Made by a program: the position numbers and the translations under genes. DNA of 64,000 bases from a candidate division CPR3 bacterium GWF2_35_18 (lineage in GTDB: Bacteria > Patescibacteriota > CPR3 > GWF2-35-18): the NCBI GenBank assembly GCA_001771135.1, contig MESW01000008.1, forward strand, positions 2,373 to 66,372, given 5' to 3'. Under the pieces are notes generated by a model. That model was not told where the DNA came from. It searched no databases and worked only from the letters and a program-made list of their open reading frames with translations. Each line of letters begins with the position of its first letter. Positions within the stretch are counted from its first letter, which is position 1. This document shows positions 9,629 through 21,470 of this stretch, one piece after another.

Positions 9629-10165
9629 TTATTTTTTAATTAAATTCAGATTTTTGGTTTTGATTATCATATAGACAATAATTCCAGCGATAGTGGCAGT
9701 TAAAAACTGGTTAAAACCCATGGTTTTCAAAAATATAGCCGGTAAAATTTTGAAGCTGAAGTATCCATAAGCAGAAAGATACAGTACGAATGTTTTTATA
9801 AGCGAAGCTATTAGAAGAGTGAAAAAATAATTGAATTTTTTTTCAACATATAGGTTTTTGATAACTAAGATAAGGGTTGCATTACTAGCCCAAATAAAAG
9901 GAACCATATAAAAAAGGAGTGGAGTGAAAGGTCCAAAGATATAGCCACGGGTGAGTACTCCGATACTGGGAAGAAAAAATAACGGGAAAAGAGTTTTAAT
10001 ATCTTTGTAAGTTATAGCTGCATAAATCAAGGCGATATTTACAAGAATCCCTACCAGTATTTGAGGCCCGCCGATTAGGAAAGGAATGGTAAAAGAAGCA
10101 ACATAGGTAATGATGAGAAAGGTTTTGCTGAGGCTAATTGTATCTATTTCGATGTGATTATCCAT
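9629..10165 (-). CDS. Integral membrane protein, ECF S-component-like, co-transcribed with the hydrogenase-like gene
   Basis: About 5-6 hydrophobic segments; PQILVGILVN and QFLTATIAG motifs; 9 nt from the next gene. Confidence 0.65.
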   Translation of the reverse strand: MDNHIEIDTISLSKTFLIITYVASFTIPFLIGGPQILVGILVNIALIYAAITYKDIKTLFPLFFLPSIGVLTRGYIFGPFTPLLFYMVPFIWASNATLILVIKNLYVEKKFNYFFTLLIASLIKTFVLYLSAYGYFSFKILPAIFLKTMGFNQFLTATIAGIIVYMIIKTKNLNLIKK

Positions 10166-10171
10166 ATATCC

Positions 10172-10200
10172 ATATTAAGAGGGATAATAATTTTTGTCAA
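10172..10200 (-). promoter_or_regulatory. Sigma70 promoter, probably giving a leaderless mRNA
   Basis: TTGACA (10200-10195), 17 nt, TAATAT (10177-10172); the ATG at 10165 lies at the expected +1. Confidence 0.55.
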
Positions 10201-10224
10201 AGGAGAGTATCTTGGGAAAGGTTA

Positions 10225-10307
10225 TGCCGGAGGAGGGAGTCGAACCCACACGAGGTTGCCCTCACTGGTTTTTGAGACCAGCTTGTCTGCCATTCCAACA
10301 CTCCGGC
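10225..10307 (-). tRNA. tRNA-Leu(CAA)
   Basis: GCCGGAG/CTCCGGC acceptor stem, CTGGT-CTCAAAA-ACCAG anticodon arm, long variable arm, GGTTCGACTCC T-arm; CCA not encoded. Confidence 0.96.
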
Positions 10308-10536
10308 ATAAAAGTCGTTAAGAGCAAAATATAAAGGATCAAGAGAAAATTATACAGGAAAAAGGAGGGAAGGGAAAGAGAAGGGAATAAGAGATGTTTT
10401 TATTAGAATTTTCTTTTCTTTTTCTTGAAAGTAATTTCAAAAAAAGGAGAAGAAAGGAAGAGAGGCGATGTAATTTATACATGTACCTAATCTTCCTAGG
10501 CAGGTTTTCCTTGTCTCTTCTTTCTTCTTTGTTTCT

Positions 10537-10791
10537 TTATTGCCGGGAGTAATACTCCTCTTTTCTCTGTCCAAAGGAGTTTTCCCATTCGAATTCGGCT
10601 CGCCAGTCGTCCATAGAAAAATGCCGCCAACGAATGGCGCGCAGAGCAAGAAGCCAATTGAGGCTACAATCTGGATTTCCGGTTTCCTGGAAGATTTTTG
10701 AAGCTTCAGATGCTATTTCTTGAAAATGAGCAGCCGTAAAAGTGGCATCATCCACAACAACCGGTTTTTGAATCAGAAGTTGAGCAGTCAT
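10537..10791 (-). CDS. Hypothetical protein with weak DUF2934-like helix-turn-helix
   Basis: EIASEASKIFQETGNPDCSLNWLLALR resembles DUF2934; SD GAGGTG upstream. Confidence 0.5.
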   Translation of the reverse strand: MTAQLLIQKPVVVDDATFTAAHFQEIASEASKIFQETGNPDCSLNWLLALRAIRWRHFSMDDWRAEFEWENSFGQRKEEYYSRQ

Positions 10792-10800
10792 GACTCACCT

Positions 10801-11304
10801 CTACAATTGAAGGTCTTCAGGATCTGGGACTTCCAGTGGTTCGATCGGGATAATAATCCCTTTATAAACTTCGACCTCGACGACGGTTGTGGTGATGCTG
10901 ATTTCTGTCAAAGTTTGATAGATCGTTGAAATTAAAAACGGTCCAGTAATAGAAAGCGACGCGCCGGCGGGAATAACGGTATCGGGTTGGAGGGGGATAT
11001 AGACTTTATCCCGCAGAAAATCATTCTTCGATTTCACCAGAACCGAAATCCCAATGATCCGAATGGGGTTAATGAGTTGGAAATCTGATACGCCTTGTGC
11101 TTGTAAAGCTCCTTCATAAAGAGGGGTACCAGTTTTTGCATCATAGATGCGAACCTTCTTTTTATGTTGTACAGCCCTACGGAGATGGATTATATCAGAG
11201 GTTTCAGGTGTAATGAGCAGCAGATCAGTGTCCATTTCTCCGTGACAAATCAGAGAACTAGGGCTGTTAGGTTTGAAGATTTCCACTGTTACTTGTTGTT
11301 TCAT
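10801..11304 (-). CDS. Hypothetical beta-rich protein
   Basis: 167-aa ORF with SD GAAAGGA, in the accessory cluster. Confidence 0.6.
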   Translation of the reverse strand: MKQQVTVEIFKPNSPSSLICHGEMDTDLLLITPETSDIIHLRRAVQHKKKVRIYDAKTGTPLYEGALQAQGVSDFQLINPIRIIGISVLVKSKNDFLRDKVYIPLQPDTVIPAGASLSITGPFLISTIYQTLTEISITTTVVEVEVYKGIIIPIEPLEVPDPEDLQL

Positions 11305-11391
11305 GGTCTTTTACCGTCCTTTCTCAAAATAGGGTGAAGGGGCATTGTATCTGTCTTGCAACAGGCAACACCCCTTCTTAGGGTCAGAATA

Positions 11392-11820
11392 TCAGGCTAG
11401 CACTTCGAATAACTCTTTGATTTCGGACAACATGGCGAAGTGAGGAAGGGGATCTTCGATGAGCTCGATTACGACTTCCCAGCAACGCATGTCACCAAAG
11501 CAGAGAGTTAATCTTTGACCGATTTTTTCCCGAAGTACCTTCACAGATTTTGGGTGTAGTTGGATTGCTTCTATGAGAGGGAAAATCGTTGCCCAGCAGG
11601 CGTTTTCTTCGACAAGACAGGTGTCCCCCTCGTAGATAGAGACGGTGAAACCATCTGCTAAATCATTGCTGGTTATCTGACGGTAACCTTCTCTTTGAGC
11701 AGCTAACATGAGATCGCCATTGACGGTTGTTTGCTGCCATTCGGATGGTAGATCTCGAGGGTATCGTAGGATTGTCCAGAGGCCAAGCCTCGCGTTAACG
11801 TAGTAATAGGATTTAGTCAT
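11392..11820 (-). CDS. Hypothetical protein
   Basis: Likely start ATG 11820 (MTKSYY...), just after the pyrB-like stop; the longer ORF call overlaps pyrB. Confidence 0.6.
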   Translation of the reverse strand: MTKSYYYVNARLGLWTILRYPRDLPSEWQQTTVNGDLMLAAQREGYRQITSNDLADGFTVSIYEGDTCLVEENACWATIFPLIEAIQLHPKSVKVLREKIGQRLTLCFGDMRCWEVVIELIEDPLPHFAMLSEIKELFEVLA

Positions 11821-11833
11821 TTCAGACTCTTTT

Positions 11834-12778
11834 CTATGCTTTACCAAGAACCATCGCGAGCAGCGCCATGCGGACATACAGTCCATATTCCATCTGGCGG
11901 AAATACGCCGCCCGGGGATCGGAGTCGATCTCCATCGGCAGTTCTGGGCCGCGCGGGAACGGATGCAAAATTGTGATCTTCGGTTTAGCGAGATCCAGGA
12001 GTTCTGGTGTGACAACGATATCTGTTCCTTGTGTGACATAGAGTACATCCGTAAAAGACAGAATGGTTTCGTCCAAAACTGACTTGTTGATGAGGATGAG
12101 AGTTCCAACTCTGGCTACTTCCTGAAGAAACTCTTCATCAAAAAACTGTTCTGAGGTGGAGATCAAAGTTACGGTGATGTCGTGAAAGAGCATTAAGAGC
12201 CGGATCAGGGAACGGATCGCTCGATTTTTCAGACTTCCGATGATGGTGATATTCAGGCCGGAGATCTGGCCCATTTCTTCTCGGATACTGAAGATATCCA
12301 AAAGTGCCTGAGTGGGATGTTCACCAGTTTCACCTTCACCAGCATTGATGACTGGTTTATGGGCGTATTGTGCCGCGATTTTGGATGAGCCAATAGTTGG
12401 GTGACGCAGTACTATCACATCCGCGTAGGCTTCAACCGTGCGCACCCAATCTGGTAAGGCAGCTTCAGGGCGTTCGGAGGAATATTGTTGCGCAAAGATT
12501 GGAATTACAGAGCCGCCAAGCCGTTCCATGGCCGAAGTGAAACAGGACATGGTGCGGGTCGAAGGTTCATAGAACATATTGGCCAAAATCTTGCCTTTTA
12601 AAAGATCAAAGGTTCCAAGACTGTTGACCATAACACCCATTTCGTGGGCAATATCGAAGATAAAGTTCAGGTCATCAAGGGAAAATTGACCGACAGACAA
12701 GATATTCTCCCCATACCAGGGAGCGTCTTTATTATCACCGAATGGAATATGCTTGGTTTTTGTGAGAGGAGTATTCAT
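11834..12778 (-). CDS. pyrB: Aspartate carbamoyltransferase-like protein with an altered aspartate-binding site
   Basis: FYEPSTRT, RHP, INAGEG..EHPTQALLD, HPFPR and YFRQ motifs present. SSxxKGE and TRxQxER motifs are altered. Confidence 0.8.
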   Translation of the reverse strand: MNTPLTKTKHIPFGDNKDAPWYGENILSVGQFSLDDLNFIFDIAHEMGVMVNSLGTFDLLKGKILANMFYEPSTRTMSCFTSAMERLGGSVIPIFAQQYSSERPEAALPDWVRTVEAYADVIVLRHPTIGSSKIAAQYAHKPVINAGEGETGEHPTQALLDIFSIREEMGQISGLNITIIGSLKNRAIRSLIRLLMLFHDITVTLISTSEQFFDEEFLQEVARVGTLILINKSVLDETILSFTDVLYVTQGTDIVVTPELLDLAKPKITILHPFPRGPELPMEIDSDPRAAYFRQMEYGLYVRMALLAMVLGKA

Positions 12779-12783
12779 GATGT

Positions 12784-13020
12784 TTATCCCACTTCTTTCG
12801 GAGATATTACGTTAACGACAGTGATATCTTTTTCCCGAAGGAGAATTTTCTTTGAATCTGCCATGATCGTTCCGCAAGGGGTAAAAACTCGAACTTTACG
12901 ATTGATGCGGATAACGATTAAATCTCCTGGGTCGAAGCGACGCGCCGGGATTCGGAGCTGCAGATTCTCTTGAGTAAGCACGAGCTCTGCATTAACAAGA
13001 TGGGTTTTCGGCTTTTTCAT
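12784..13020 (-). CDS. Small hypothetical protein
   Basis: Likely start ATG 13020 after SD AAGGAG; tight operon spacing. Confidence 0.55.
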   Translation of the reverse strand: MKKPKTHLVNAELVLTQENLQLRIPARRFDPGDLIVIRINRKVRVFTPCGTIMADSKKILLREKDITVVNVISPKEVG

Positions 13021-13030
13021 GACATACTCC

Positions 13031-13330
13031 TTATCGAGGGATAACTTGATCTTCATCTTGAGCTGGATGGCCTAATCCCGACGGCGCCGGGTTGGATCCT
13101 TGGATAGTGTCTGAACCTGTTTCTGGGGTAATCATTTTTGGTGTCTTGGTAAAACGAATCTCAGCAACAACCTCGTATTCTTCCCCAGGGTTGAAGCCTG
13201 CATTGTTAAGAAGTTGCCCCAACAGCGCTGTAGAGACGGTAGTTTTGCCCTGAATTTCTAGGCCGAAATTATTACCGGTTGCTCCTGTTTCAGGGATTAG
13301 AACAATCTTGAATTTGATTTTAGCTTGCAT
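13031..13330 (-). CDS. Small hypothetical protein
   Basis: Likely start ATG 13330 (MQAKIK...) after SD AGAAAGGAGA. Confidence 0.55.
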   Translation of the reverse strand: MQAKIKFKIVLIPETGATGNNFGLEIQGKTTVSTALLGQLLNNAGFNPGEEYEVVAEIRFTKTPKMITPETGSDTIQGSNPAPSGLGHPAQDEDQVIPR

Positions 13331-13565
13331 AGCGGGTCTCCTTTCTAGAATAGACGGATAGGATGGGGTGTTGAATCTGAATAATTCTATTGGTATATCT
13401 TGATAGGTCACTTCCTTTCTTGAATGTTATTCAATTTGTTGAAAAGGTGATGGGGGATCCTCTTTCGAGGTGCGACTTGAGAGGTTATTCTATCAAATTT
13501 TCATTGTAAATTGAAGCAGTTTCGATATAATAGAAAAGTAATTTAATTTTTAACCTTTTAAAATT

Positions 13566-16268
13566 ATGTTTCATACACTTTCAATCTCTGAATCTCTAAA
13601 AAATTTAGAATCTACACAAAATGGTTTGTCTAATCTGGAAGCGGATAAACGTTTGAAAAAATTCGGTAAAAATGAACTTCAAGAACCACCTAAAGATCCT
13701 CTCTGGAAGAAATTTTTGGCTCAATTTAAAGACTTCTTAATTATTATTTTGATTGGGGCAGTTATTATTTCTGCTGTTTTGGGAGAGTTTGTGGATGCGA
13801 TTGCAATACTGGTTATACTTCTTATTAACGCTATTTTAGGTTTTGTTCAAGAATATCGAGCCGAACAGGCGCTTGAAGCTTTGAAAAAGATGTCGGGATT
13901 ATCGGCAAAAGTAATGAGAGAAGGAAGGGTTGAAAAAATTCCGGTTTCTCAAGTTGTTCAGGGAGACGTTTTTATTTTAGAAACTGGAGATAAGGTTCCT
14001 GCTGATGCGAGGATTATAGAATCAATTAATCTAAAAGTTTCTGAATCAATTTTAACTGGAGAATCAGACGCTCTGCATAAGAATACCGAGTCTTTGGGTA
14101 AAGATATTGTTCACCTTGGTGATATGCGGAATATTGTATTTAAAGATACTATAATAATGTTCGGTAGGGGAAAAGCTGTTGCTTATGCTACCGGAATGAA
14201 TACTGAGGTTGGAAAAATTGCGAATAAACTTCTTTCAACTGAATCAACTCCAAGTCCTCTCAGTCTTGAAATCGATAAAACCGGTAAAAATATTGCGATT
14301 GCGGTTCTCGCTATTTGTGCTGTAGTCTTTGCTATTGGATTTTTTATGAAGACCACTGGAGTTCTGGAGATTTTTTTAACAGCTATTTCTTTGGCGGTGG
14401 CCGCAATTCCGGAAGGTCTTCCGGCTGTTGTTACAATCGTTTTAGCAATTGGGATTAAACGTCTCGCTCAACAAAAAGCCATTATAAAAAAGCTTCATGC
14501 TGTCGAAACTTTAGGTTCAACGACTCATATTTGTAGTGATAAAACAGGAACTTTAACCCAAAATTCGATGATGGTTACCGATATTTGGTTACCTACAAAC
14601 AACTATACAGTCACAGGGACAAAATATGAACCTCAGGGAACGTTTTTAAAATCAGGAAAAGAGTTAAAAGAGATTCAAACAGATGAAGACTTAAAAACAA
14701 TATTGAAGATTGGAGCTCTTAATAACGATGCGGAAATTAGATTTGATGAGAATCAAAAAAAGTGGAAATTGTTTGGAGATCCAACCGAAGGAGCTCTTAT
14801 TGTTGTAGCCATGAAAGCAGGTTTGAAAATAGAAGAGCTAAATCTTACTGCACCGCGAGTTTCGGAAATTCCATTCTCTTCAGAGAAGGCAATGATGACA
14901 ACTATTCATCAAAAAGGAGAAGAGTATATTGCATATATCAAAGGCGCTCCAGAAAAAATATTAGCGCTGTGTTCATATATTCAGGAAGATAAAAAAATTC
15001 GTGAACTTACAGTAAAAGAGAGAAAAGAAATTGAATTATATGTATCAAAGATGAATAAGCAAGCTCTTCGAACTTTAGGTTTTGCCTATAAAAAAGTAAC
15101 CAAAAATCAGTCACGTAATCCCATGGAACACGATAATGAAATAGAAAAGAATTTGGTCTTTGTAGGTCTAATGGGGCAAAAGGATCCGCTGCGACCTGAG
15201 GTTTTTGACGCAATAGAAAAATGTAAACTAGCCGGAATTCGTCCAATCATGATTACGGGAGACCACTTTTTAACTGCTTATGCAATTGGTAAAGAGCTAA
15301 AAATGATTGAAAACGAAGAAGAAGTTCTAAATGGAGAAGAGCTATCAAAACTGAGTAATGATGAATTAAGAGAAAAATTAAGAACAGTTTCAGTCTTTGC
15401 TAGGGTTTTACCAAAAGATAAGTTGCGTATTATTGAAGTACTTAAAGAAGATAAAGATAAGGTTATTGCTGTAACCGGTGACGGTGTGAATGACAGTTTG
15501 GCTATTAAGTCAGCAGACATTGGAATTGCGATGGGAATTGAGGGCACTGATGTTACCCGTGAAGTTGCGGATATGATTCTTCAAGATGATAACTTCGCCA
15601 CGATTGTAAATGCGGTCAGACAGGGGAGAGTGATTTTTGCTAATTTGGTAAAATTTATCCGCTATCTTATTTCCTGTAACATCTCTGAAGTGATGGTAGT
15701 TTTGCTGGCGGTTATTGTAGGTTTACCTCTTCCATTACTTCCAATTCAACTCCTTTGGGTAAATTTGATTACTGATGGTTTTCCTGCTCTTGCTTTGGGA
15801 GTTGATCCTCCCGAAAAAGGGGTTATGAATAGACCTCCTCGGAATTTAAATGAAGGTATTCTCTCTCCCAGAAGATGGTTAGAAATTTTACTCGAAGGAA
15901 CGGTGATGGGTTTAGCAGTTTTCTTTGTTTTTACACAAACCGATCATCAAGCAAATCTAGAAATGGCGCGAACAGCAACTTTCATTACCCTTTGTATCGT
16001 GCAATTATTACATGCGCTATCCAATCGGTCGGAAACGTTATCTATTTTTAGCTTGGGATTATTTTCAAATAAGGCTTTAATTTTTGCTATTGTTGGTTCA
16101 TTTTTACTCCAAATGATTGTAGTTTACACTCCGATAGGAGAATTTATATTTAAAGCTGTTCCATTACCCTTTAATGAATGGGTGATGATTTTGGCGGCTT
16201 CTTTTGTTCCATTTATTGGAGTAGAAATGGTAAAAATGGTTAAAAGAAAAAGCATGGAAGCAATTTGA
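13566..16268 (+). CDS. P-type ATPase, type IIA (Ca2+/cation-transporting)
   Basis: TGES, AAIPEGL, CSDKTGT, KGAPE, MITGD, TGDGVND and LWVNLITD motifs. Confidence 0.95.
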   Translation: MFHTLSISESLKNLESTQNGLSNLEADKRLKKFGKNELQEPPKDPLWKKFLAQFKDFLIIILIGAVIISAVLGEFVDAIAILVILLINAILGFVQEYRAEQALEALKKMSGLSAKVMREGRVEKIPVSQVVQGDVFILETGDKVPADARIIESINLKVSESILTGESDALHKNTESLGKDIVHLGDMRNIVFKDTIIMFGRGKAVAYATGMNTEVGKIANKLLSTESTPSPLSLEIDKTGKNIAIAVLAICAVVFAIGFFMKTTGVLEIFLTAISLAVAAIPEGLPAVVTIVLAIGIKRLAQQKAIIKKLHAVETLGSTTHICSDKTGTLTQNSMMVTDIWLPTNNYTVTGTKYEPQGTFLKSGKELKEIQTDEDLKTILKIGALNNDAEIRFDENQKKWKLFGDPTEGALIVVAMKAGLKIEELNLTAPRVSEIPFSSEKAMMTTIHQKGEEYIAYIKGAPEKILALCSYIQEDKKIRELTVKERKEIELYVSKMNKQALRTLGFAYKKVTKNQSRNPMEHDNEIEKNLVFVGLMGQKDPLRPEVFDAIEKCKLAGIRPIMITGDHFLTAYAIGKELKMIENEEEVLNGEELSKLSNDELREKLRTVSVFARVLPKDKLRIIEVLKEDKDKVIAVTGDGVNDSLAIKSADIGIAMGIEGTDVTREVADMILQDDNFATIVNAVRQGRVIFANLVKFIRYLISCNISEVMVVLLAVIVGLPLPLLPIQLLWVNLITDGFPALALGVDPPEKGVMNRPPRNLNEGILSPRRWLEILLEGTVMGLAVFFVFTQTDHQANLEMARTATFITLCIVQLLHALSNRSETLSIFSLGLFSNKALIFAIVGSFLLQMIVVYTPIGEFIFKAVPLPFNEWVMILAASFVPFIGVEMVKMVKRKSMEAI

Positions 16269-16392
16269 GCCAAAGAGATACTATCTTTAAATATATCTTA
16301 TTTCCTGATATAATAACCTGTCCATTCCCTCAATAAGAGGTGATCCCCATTTAGAAAAGACAACTGAATATGATATGAAAGGAGAGTGATTT

Positions 16393-16959
16393 GTGAGAGT
16401 AATCCTCTGGGTTGTTGGCGGTGGCTTTTACCAGCACGTTTGCGCCGAATTTGATCCAGTCAACAATGGATTTGTACTGGAAAATTATGACAGTCGTCAA
16501 ATTGTCGGTGGACGAAAGGTAAATGTTATCAATTCGCACCAGATACTTCAAGGTTGGGCGAATTTCTCAAGAGGAGGAACGGGAGAGATCGAAGTTACGG
16601 GAGTATGGATCTACCCGTATCTTTACCCACTAGAGGAGGATTGGAAACCGTTTCCTCTCTACTGGTGTTTAATTAATTACCAGTCGTTCATGATGACACC
16701 CCAAGGTCTTGTAATTCCGGCCGACTGTAACATTGAGATTCAGTCTGCTCGTTTTCCCAAGATTTCAGGAACATACAGATTTCTTGAAGACTTTAATCCT
16801 TTTGATGGAGCTCTTGCTCCGCAATTCAGGTTGAATGCAGCACCGCAAGCAGGTGTAATCCTTCGGCGTGTTGTAAACACTGGCACTACTTGCCGTGGTT
16901 CAGCAAACCTCAACCTTCCTTCTTCGGAATTAATCAAAAAAGTATTCGAAGAATACTAA
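16393..16959 (+). CDS. Hypothetical protein heading the orphan atpD-atpA unit
   Basis: GTG start after SD GAAAGGAGAG; 188 aa with no recognised motif. Confidence 0.6.
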   Translation: MRVILWVVGGGFYQHVCAEFDPVNNGFVLENYDSRQIVGGRKVNVINSHQILQGWANFSRGGTGEIEVTGVWIYPYLYPLEEDWKPFPLYWCLINYQSFMMTPQGLVIPADCNIEIQSARFPKISGTYRFLEDFNPFDGALAPQFRLNAAPQAGVILRRVVNTGTTCRGSANLNLPSSELIKKVFEEY

Positions 16960-16986
16960 AAATGCACCTAAAAATTTCAAATGTAA

Positions 16987-20099
<3,113 letters not shown>

Positions 20100-20136
20100 C
20101 ATCTTCATTCTCACAAAACGGTAAAAATTTCATTAA

Positions 20137-20190
20137 CTGCGGGCGTAAAAGCCGTTCTCGATCATTCGAGTAACCCGCAGCTTTTTCTTT
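20137..20190 (+). terminator. Branched hairpin terminator after atpA
   Basis: CTGCGGG/CCCGCAG outer stem encloses two small hairpins; followed by CTTTTTCTTT. Confidence 0.55.
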
Positions 20191-20291
20191 CATAAAAGCT
20201 TTTCCAATTTCCTTTCCAAAAACAATTTTTTCAAATTGCTTCTCAAATATATCCCTGTTAAAATTAACTTGAATTCTTACAGTTATTAATT

Positions 20292-20408
20292 ATGATGAAA
20301 AACTTAAGATTAGAAATCAAAGAATTGAGCCATCTGTATAAAAAAGATCCAGATAAAGTGAATATCGTGAATAAAGCGGTCTTGCAATTTTTTGATAAAA
20401 CATTATGA
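20292..20408 (+). CDS. Possible 38-aa small protein
   Basis: MMKNLRLEIKELSHLYKKDPDKVNIVNKAVLQFFDKTL*, with an ATGA overlap onto the next gene. Confidence 0.3.
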   Translation: MMKNLRLEIKELSHLYKKDPDKVNIVNKAVLQFFDKTL

Positions 20409-20713
20409 AATATCATAAACTAGTTCGCGATAAAATTCCGGAGATCATTGAAAAAGCAGGTTTAAAACCCAGAATAAAGACTTTATCTGATAGTGAGTTT
20501 AGTATTGAACTTGAAAAGAAGCTGGAAGAAGAAATGCATGAATATCTTGAAAGTCATGAGCTGGAAGAACTTATTGATATTGAGGAAGTCATTTTGAAGC
20601 TAATTAAAGTTAAAGGTGTTAAAAAAGAAGATTTTGAAAAGTTAAGGGAAAACAAAAAGAAAAAGCGAGGAGCTTTTGATAAAAAGATTTTTCTTATTGA
20701 AACCACTGATTGA
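20405..20713 (+). CDS. MazG-like nucleoside triphosphate pyrophosphohydrolase
   Basis: KLVRDKIPEII, KLEEEMHEY..ELIDIEEV and KRGAF motifs. Confidence 0.85.
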   Translation: MKYHKLVRDKIPEIIEKAGLKPRIKTLSDSEFSIELEKKLEEEMHEYLESHELEELIDIEEVILKLIKVKGVKKEDFEKLRENKKKKRGAFDKKIFLIETTD

Positions 20714-20738
20714 CAGTATTTAATTTGGCTTGTAAAAT
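20710..20738 (+). promoter_or_regulatory. Sigma70 promoter of efp
   Basis: TTGACA (20710-20715), 17 nt, TAAAAT (20733-20738). Confidence 0.6.
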
Positions 20739-20776
20739 CAGCTTTTAAGACTATTTGCTATTGAAAGGATTATTCT

Positions 20777-21352
20777 ATGACATATTTACCCGTAAATTCA
20801 TTCAAGAACGGTACTTTTTTCAAAGAGAACGGGATGCCTTATGAAGTAATTAAATACGAACACGTCAAAACCGGTCGTGGGAATGCAACGATTCGATTGA
20901 AGGCTCGTAATGTAAAAAAAGGAACGATGATTGAAAAGTCTTTTCCTTCTGGGTCAAAACTTGAAGAAGCCGATATGAACAAGAAAAAGGTTCAATTTCT
21001 ATATGGTGATCCCAAAAGTGGTTATTTTATGGATTTAGAAACCTATGAGCAGTTTGATGTAGATAGAGAAAAGTTAGAAGGGAAGATCGATTACCTCAAA
21101 GAAGGAGAACAAGTTTACCTTCTTGATTTCGAAGGAGAAATAATTGGAGCGGTGATTCCGCTTTCTGTTACCTTAAAAGTTACCGAAGCTGGTCCTTCAG
21201 AAAAAGGAGATTCAACTAGTTCTGTGACTAAACCGGCTACTTTAGAAACCGGAGTTGTGGTTCAAGTCCCAATGTTTATCAAGGTAGGAGATTTAGTCAA
21301 AATTGATACTCGAAACGGTAGCTATTCGGAAAGAGTAACGAACAAAAATTAA
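20777..21352 (+). CDS. efp: Elongation factor P
   Basis: HVKTGRGNA, FMDLETYEQ, KPATLETG and VPMFI..GD...IDTR motifs. Confidence 0.95.
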   Translation: MTYLPVNSFKNGTFFKENGMPYEVIKYEHVKTGRGNATIRLKARNVKKGTMIEKSFPSGSKLEEADMNKKKVQFLYGDPKSGYFMDLETYEQFDVDREKLEGKIDYLKEGEQVYLLDFEGEIIGAVIPLSVTLKVTEAGPSEKGDSTSSVTKPATLETGVVVQVPMFIKVGDLVKIDTRNGSYSERVTNKN

Positions 21353-21375
21353 TTCTAATTTTTTATTCATTTTGG

Positions 21376-21460
21376 TGAATACCAGGGTTTTAGCCTATGG
21401 ATGAAACCAAGTGAACGAGCTTGCTTTGAGGAGAAGATACTATGACCTAAGGTCATAATA
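21376..21460. mobile_element. Possible degenerate IS200/IS605-type end remnant (MITE-like hairpins)
   Basis: CCAGGGTTTTAGCCTATGG and CTATGACCTAAGGTCATAA imperfect palindromes of the IS200/IS605 subterminal type; no transposase nearby. Confidence 0.3.
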
Positions 21461-21470
21461 GTTTATTCTG

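Noticed and set aside
11821-12108. N-terminal extension of the 238-aa ORF call 11392..12108
   Set aside because: It overlaps pyrB in another frame; ATG 11820 just after the pyrB stop is a more plausible start.
10225-13475. tRNA-Leu-integrated genomic island
   Set aside because: The cluster lies on the 5' side of the tRNA, with no duplicated tRNA 3' end and no integrase.
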